From positions 9,176,001 through 9,240,000 of the forward strand of contig NC_088802.1 of NCBI RefSeq assembly GCF_011386835.1: a stretch of DNA of 64,000 nucleotides. Reading direction: 5' to 3'. This DNA is from Chrysemys picta bellii. Taxonomy: Eukaryota. The position numbers and the translations under genes are program-made. Of this stretch, positions 57,587 through 64,000 are shown piece by piece. Under the pieces are notes generated by a model, which did not search any database, was not told the DNA's origin, and saw only the letters and a program-made list of their open reading frames with translations. The stretch's first letter is position 1. The number at the start of each line of letters is the position of its first letter.

Positions 57587-58531
57587 GAGGAAAGAGGGAA
57601 CGGGAGCTCTCAGTGGGAGTTCATCCTATTGGGGGTCTCTGACCAACCACGCCTGGAGATGCTGCTTTTCGTGGTGTTCCTGGTCTTGTACGTCCTGAAC
57701 CTGGTGGGGAACCTGGCCATCATTGTGGTATTGTGGCTGGAACCCTGTCTCCACACCCCTATGTATTTCTTCCTCAGCAACCTCTCTTTCCTGGACCTTT
57801 GCTACACCACCAGCATCGTTCCTCAGATGCTGGTGAACTTCCGCAGCACCCACAAGTCCATCACCTGGGCCGGCTGCGTGGCCCAGCTCTACGTCTTCCT
57901 CTCGCTGGGCTGCACCGAGTGCCTCCTCCTGGTCGTCATGGCCTACGACCGCTATGTCGCCATCTGCCAGCCGCTGCGCTACACAATCGTCATGAGCCGC
58001 CGCCTCTGCCTGCAGATGGCGGCCACTGTCTGGTTGAGCGGCTTCAGCAACTCCATGCTGCAGACCATCCTGACCGTGCGGCTGCCCCGGTGTGGGCGGA
58101 ACCGGGTCAACCACTTCTTCTGTGAGGTACCGGCCCTGCTCAAACTGGCCTGTGTTGACACTTCCGCTAACGAGGCCGAGGCTTTTGCTGTCAGTGTGAT
58201 CTTCCTGCTGGTGCCGCTGGGCCTCATCCTAGTCTCCTACAGCTACATCGTCGCCGCCGTGCTTAGGATTCGCTCGGCCCAGGGCAGGCTCAAGGCCTTC
58301 AACACCTGCGCCTCCCACCTGGCCGTGGTGTCGCTCTTCTACGGCACGGGCATTTTCATGTATCTACAACCTCCGTCCAGCTTTTCCCAGGACCGGGGCA
58401 AGATGGTCTCCCTCTTCTATGGCATCATCGCCCCCATGCTGAACTCACTGATCTACACGTTAAGGAACAAGGATGTGCACGGGGCCCTAAGGAAGGTGCT
58501 GGGGAGGCTATTCGGGAGTAAAAGGACATGA
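57587..58531 (+). CDS. Olfactory receptor, class II, family-2-like; main coding exon, paralog of 38949, intact
   Basis: Same motifs and length (945 nt); acceptor ..tttgtcccttctcgctgcAG. The ORF-track start at 57383 is GTG, with no in-frame ATG before TM1. Confidence 0.93.
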   Translation, partial: EERGNGSSQWEFILLGVSDQPRLEMLLFVVFLVLYVLNLVGNLAIIVVLWLEPCLHTPMYFFLSNLSFLDLCYTTSIVPQMLVNFRSTHKSITWAGCVAQLYVFLSLGCTECLLLVVMAYDRYVAICQPLRYTIVMSRRLCLQMAATVWLSGFSNSMLQTILTVRLPRCGRNRVNHFFCEVPALLKLACVDTSANEAEAFAVSVIFLLVPLGLILVSYSYIVAAVLRIRSAQGRLKAFNTCASHLAVVSLFYGTGIFMYLQPPSSFSQDRGKMVSLFYGIIAPMLNSLIYTLRNKDVHGALRKVLGRLFGSKRT

Positions 58532-61371
58532 GCCAGAGAAATGAATTGTGACTGGTTGGCTTGGTTGTCTATGGGGCAGAAGTTCTGATCCAGCCTCAGG
58601 CCAGCGGGACTGGGTGGCTCAGGGGGCCAGACAATGGAGCCTTTCCCATCTAGGAGGTCTGTATTGTAATCTGTCTGTTCATGTCCACACATGGCGCTGG
58701 GACTGGGAAACCAGAGGTCACTCACCATGAGCCCCAGAAGGCAGAAGAGCATTTCAAGGCCTGGTGGACAGTGTTGGGCACCTGGCTCTTAATGGAGGAG
58801 ATGAAGTGATGTGGGCATTTGAGAGTCATCTCTCTGCACCAGATCCAGCCAGCACAGACCATATCCCTGCCCCCCCCTATATAATATACCTCAGATTCTC
58901 TTTTATTCAATATTGATATAAAAAAAACCCTCCAATGTTGCCCCTTCTCTGTTTAATTCTCTGATATGGATAGTCTGGGGGCTTCTTCCCCATTCTCATG
59001 TTAAACTGCAGCTACTTCGGCATTTGGAGGGAAAAAACTGATGCCGATCATTGCTCGAAATTGTGGATGGGGTTAATGAAGGTATTAAACTCATTTGAAT
59101 CAACTTTCCCTTCAGATTTTTCCTCTTTTCTCTCAATTACCAAATAGTGATCTAAAATCCCCTCAGATTTTCTCTTTATTGACTATTGATAGAAATTTCT
59201 CTCAATTTATGGACTCCTCAAGTTGGGCACCTTTCCCACTAAATTATAGAATATTGATCTAAAATCCCCCCAGATTTGGCCATTTTTTCCTTTAATTGCT
59301 GAATATAGGGAAAGAAACTCTCCCATTTTAGGGTCTTTTTCCCGCCTCCCATTTTAAGTTGAAGCCACATCTGCTTTTGGAGGGAACCAGCTGGCTTGAA
59401 TTCTTGACCCACATGGTGGATGAAGAAAAGGAGGATGTTAACCCCCCTCTGATCTACTTTCTTCTCAGATTTGACCCCTTTACTCACTCAGTCTCAAACA
59501 GAGATCTCGCACCCTCTCAAATGTTGTTCCTTTTCTCTCAGCTGTTGAAGGTTCATATGAAATGGCTGCAGATTTGGAGTTCTCCCCTCCATTTTATGCT
59601 GCAAGACATTCTCCTGGCCTGGGGAAGAAGTGATTAGGCCAAATCATTACCGCATGGGGTGAATGACTGGGGGAAGGAGGTTAAACATCTCAATGAACAA
59701 CTTTCCCCTCCTGTAGGAGAATCAAATTCTTTTGTCTTGTGTAAATCAAAACCAGTGTGTTTGCTGATTTGAGTGACTTGTACAATTCTGAATATAAATC
59801 GAGGCTAGAAACATTTCACCCCTCCAGCTGGTAATTGACCTGACAGAGGCTGTCCATTACAGTTGGCCACATGAACGCCATCTCTGAGCTGTCCATCTTC
59901 ACCTTCCGCCCACTCCCAATTGCCATGAAATCTTCATATTCTGGTTCCAACCTCCCCTCCCATCTCTCCTGCTAAAGCAAAAAGCCCAAAGGGACTGTGG
60001 AGTTGTAGCGTGGCCAGCAATGCGTCTTGGGAAAGTGGGCATAGGTATTAAAGAGTGTGTCCTTTCCAGCAAGACAGAGACCAGGGAAGCGATGAGATTA
60101 AGTCCTGGTCTATCATTGAGGATAGGTCCATCAATCACTATTAGCCAAGATGGCCAGCGATGCAACCCCAACCATGCTTTAAATGTCCCTAGCCTTTGAT
60201 TGCCAGAAGCTGTGAATGGACAACAGGGAATGGATCACTTGATGATTGCCCTGTTCTGTTCATTCCCTCTGAACCACCTGACATTGGCCACTTATAAGAG
60301 ACAAGATACTGGGCTAGGTGGACCATTGGTCTGACCCAGTGTGGGCATTGTTATGTTCTTATGTACTAAAAATTAGATTGACCTAGCTACATTGCTCAGG
60401 GATGTGAAAATGTTTTTGCCCTGAGCATTGTAGTTAGCTCAACCTAACCCCCGGTGTAGACACATCTAGGTCGAAGGAAGAATTCTTCTGTCAACCTAGC
60501 TACCGCCTCTCAGAGAAGTGAATTAATGACATCAATGGAAAAACCCCTTCTATCGATGTAGGAAGAGTCTACAGAGACCAGTTCTGTGCCAGGGATGACC
60601 ACTAATCTCTGAGGCTTGCGGAGCACGAACTTAGAGCATGGGAATTTGTGACTCTTTCTTGTTGCGATGACTTTTAATATTTGCCCGAATAATCTTCTTT
60701 AAACAGCAGCTCCGGAGAAAATAAAGTCCCTGCCCAAGAAAGAGCTTCGCAAAGGATGTTCAGCTGATGAGTATCTTTGTACTATTTGTTAAAGGGCTTG
60801 AGGATCATTTGGGCTGAAAGGGGCTGTACGTCATTCTCAGTGGCTCCATTCAAGATGTAGCAGGAAGGCGGCAATGTCCAGTGGTTAGAGAGGGTCTGCT
60901 GATGAAGGGAAGGTAGAAGAAGGGAATTTGAAGCCAGTGGGAGTGTGGACTCCTGGCTTCTGTTCTCAGCTCTGGGAAGGGAATGGGTCTAGTGGGTCAG
61001 CGCAGAGAGGAGACTGGGAGTCTGGGTGGATCCCTGGCTCTAGGCAGGGAGCAGGGCGATTGGATGGGGGGGCAGCAGTCAGGAGACAGGGAGCGGGGGG
61101 CTTGGATGGGTGGGGGGTTCTGAGGGGGACAGTCAGGGGGCAGGAAGTGGGAGGAGGCGGATGGGGACGGGGGCCAGGTTGTGTGGGGAGGCACAGCCTT
61201 CCCTACCCAGACCTCCATACAGTTTCGCCACGCCAGTGTGGCCCTCGGGCCAAAAAGTTTGCTCCCCCCTGGTCTAGATAACGAATAGAGGTTAGAGAGA
61301 TGAGGTCGTTGAGGCAATATCTTTTATTGGACCAATTTCTGTTGGTGAAAGACAAGGTGCCGAACTACAAG

Positions 61372-61579
61372 CAGGGCCAGCTCCAGGCACCAGCGCAGCA
61401 AGCAGGCGCTTCGGACGGCCAACGGAAAGGGGCGGCATGTCCGGGTCTTCGGCGGCAACTCGGTGCGAGTCCCTCGGTAGAGCTGCCGCCGAAGTGCTGC
61501 CGATCGTGGCTTTTCTTTCTTTTTTTTTTTTTTTTTTTGTGTGCAGCTTGGGGCTGCAAAAACGCTGGAGCCGGCCCTG
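61372..61579. mobile_element. hAT MITE without TSD
   Basis: CAGGGCCAGCTCCAG...CTGGAGCCGGCCCTG; flanks ACTACAAG and ATGAGATC do not match. Confidence 0.85.
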
Positions 61580-62319
61580 ATGAGATCCCCATTTTCCTTG
61601 CCTTAAAACGCGGGCAGCTGGAGAGAGGCAGCTCTGGCCGGCTGCCCAGCTCTGAAGGCAGCGCCACCATCAGCAGCAGCGCAGAAGTAAGAGTGGTGTA
61701 CGGTTAGTTAGCTCTATAGGGCTCTGCACTGATGTCGGGAAAGGGATGTCTGGTAGCAAGAGTGGAGGGAGGGTGAGGCGGGGAGTCATCACAGCCTGAA
61801 ATATTTTCAAAGAGGGACCGAGCCAAAAATGTTTATAGACACATGTCTCAGCCAGTCCCCTCGACTTGGGCTGGGCCGGAGCCCCCTAGAGGAAAAAAGG
61901 CCCCATACCCCATCCCTAGATCATCGCTGAGTTCATGGTTTTGAAAACGTCTGGGCATGAGGAGATTCAGCACTCCTGACTGATGGTTTTATCCCTGATT
62001 GACACTGGAGGTGAGGGAGGAAGAGTTCAGTGGCACAGAACAGCGTGACCGTGTTTCTGTAGAGGTGTCATTCCCTAAGGTGTAAGTGAATCACGGACTG
62101 ACAGGGGTTAGTAAGACATTTCTCAGCTGTCCATGAGGTGAGTGTTGACACGTCCCCTGAAGATGGGCCAGTGTTGTAGGGGGGCTGAAAGTACTCGTGT
62201 GGGATCCAGCCTGGGGACTGGTACGTTCCTGTTAGATGTCTTTGTTCTGCGCTCCTGCCCAGCATGTGGAACGCACCCTGAGGTTGGGTCCCCCTTGACA
62301 CCCTTTGATTGACTTCTCA

Positions 62320-62520
62320 ACCTGGCACAGAAAAATATGTTAATGACCTGCCTGGCCCCTCCATGGGCTTGTCAGCGTCATTGTGCCACAAACAGCAAGT
62401 GTCTTTAATGAGACCCAGAGTCCCCTCTCGACGCATCAGCTGCAAGTGGGAGCCAACATGCTAACAATGCCCGTTGCGCTGCACCCCGATGCCTAATGAG
62501 GTGCCCTGGGGCGACAGCAC
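62320..62520. promoter_or_regulatory. Candidate OR enhancer block, copy 3
   Basis: TAATGA at 62341, 62406 and 62494. Confidence 0.55.
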
Positions 62521-64000
62521 CCAGCCCCTGGGCCCTAGCTCCTCAGGGGCGGTCAGCACCAGGCAGCTCCCAGACCTTCGTCTGCTTCAGGGAGGTGCTG
62601 GGTCTCTCTGCACGGAGCTGCCATGGAACTGATTGAGGTGACAAAGCGGAGAGTCCAGGCTCACCAGCTAAGGGCGGGGACAGAAAGGAGAGAGGCTTGA
62701 CTGAGATCAGAGAAATGACCCATTGGGGCAAGTGTCCTGCCCTCTGCCTATGCCAGACAGATCAATGGCCAGCGAGTCCAGTTACCCCATGTCTCCCTGC
62801 CCTAGCTCACTGGCCAGCTAGTCCAGTACACCATACCCCCCTGCCCCAAATTACTGGCCAGCTAATCCTTTTCCTCCGCAAAGAATGAGGCCATTGGCCC
62901 TTTTAGCCCCGTAGTCCACTCCCTCCACCCCCCGCCAAATTCACCAGCTCACAAACCCCTCCCCACAATAACAGATCATATTTCCTCTCCACTCCCTGCT
63001 GGAGAGCACTTGATGAAGGAATATGCAAATATTCTGCTCTCCCTTGCACACATGGGGAAACTGAGGCTCAGCGCACAGATGATACTTCCCAAAGTTAGTG
63101 GCGGAAGTAGGAATAGAACTGAGTGCCCCTCATTGCCAGTCCAGTGGCCAAACCACTAGGCCACGCTGCCTTGCAGAAGGAAGGAAATGTTTGTTGGACT
63201 CAGGCCCGGACTAGCCAATGTGTACTAGGTGCACTTTCATGGGGCCCCTGCAATTCCATGGACCAGGTCGCAACCCACCCCATGTCGCCTCTGTCACAAT
63301 GGAGGGTTTGGCGCGGGGTCGTGCGAGTGAGGGCTGGGTGGTGGGAGGGAGCGGATTTGAGTGGCCAGGGTCTGGACAAGCTGCCTTTCTTCCGGATGGG
63401 AGCCGACTGCTGAGCCAGGGATGTTCCGGTGTGTCCCCAGGAGGGGCCCGGTGGAGGTGGGTAAGGTGCTGAGAGTGAGTTTTGGGGTGAGTTGGGGAGG
63501 AAATGTTTATTGGACTCAGACCTGGACTAGCCAATGTGCACTAGCTGCACTTGCATGGGGCCCCTGCAATTCCATGCACCAGGTCGCAACATCACTCACT
63601 CAAATTTGGCCCGTCCAACCCACCCCGCGTCGCCTCTGTCACAATGGAGGGTTGGGCGCGGGGTCGTGCGAGTGAGGGCTGGGTGGTGGGAGGGAGCGGA
63701 GTCGGGTGGCCAAGGTCAGGACAAGTTGATTTCTTTCGGGATGGGAGCCGACTGCTGAGCCAGGGGGTGCGCTGGTGAGTGGCCAGGAAGGGCCCTGTGG
63801 AGGTGGGTAAGGTGCTGCTGGTGAGTTTTGGGGTGGGTTGGGGAGGTGCGGGGGCAGGGCTGGGGGTGACGGGAATTCTGGGAGTTGGGATGAGTTGGGG
63901 AGAATGGGGGTGTTGGGGAGAAGGGGTTGGGGGCTGGGATTTTGCAGACTGTGCCCAGGGGCACTGAGGTGTGGGGGGCTGCGGCGAGCCGGGTGTATGT

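Larger units (their letters stand above)
44702..61035 (+). repeat. Segmental duplication unit, copy 2 (with 6-kb TE insertion)
   Basis: Collinear with 34440-42540. Confidence 0.9.
61271..64000 (+). repeat. Segmental duplication unit, copy 3 (runs off the window)
   Basis: Matches 33590-35550 and 51797-52940. Confidence 0.9.

Overview
Eukaryotic, repeat-dense reptile DNA, very probably turtle (tRNA-headed tortoise Pol III/SINE, turtle-type CR1 3' ends, Penelope-like, hAT and Harbinger repeats). Host genes: one intact but divergent CHST4/5/6-type GlcNAc-6-O-sulfotransferase (minus strand, 5186-6340) and a tandemly duplicated cluster of class II, family-2-like olfactory receptors (intact at 29784, 38949 and 57587; a fragment at 43114). 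The two closest ORs have no ATG before their N-terminal glycosylation site. Both appear to take ATG-GAG from the 3' end of an exon 2.0-2.6 kb upstream, i.e. split-coding-exon ORs. Each OR unit also carries a conserved homeodomain/O-E motif block resembling mammalian OR enhancers. An apparently intact autonomous PIF/Harbinger transposon (46689-51542) lies nested in a Penelope fragment inside a composite hAT element. The rest is DIRS, Gypsy, CR1, Penelope, solo LTRs, MITEs and minisatellites. There are no real tRNA, rRNA or CRISPR features. All alignments and counts were done by eye.
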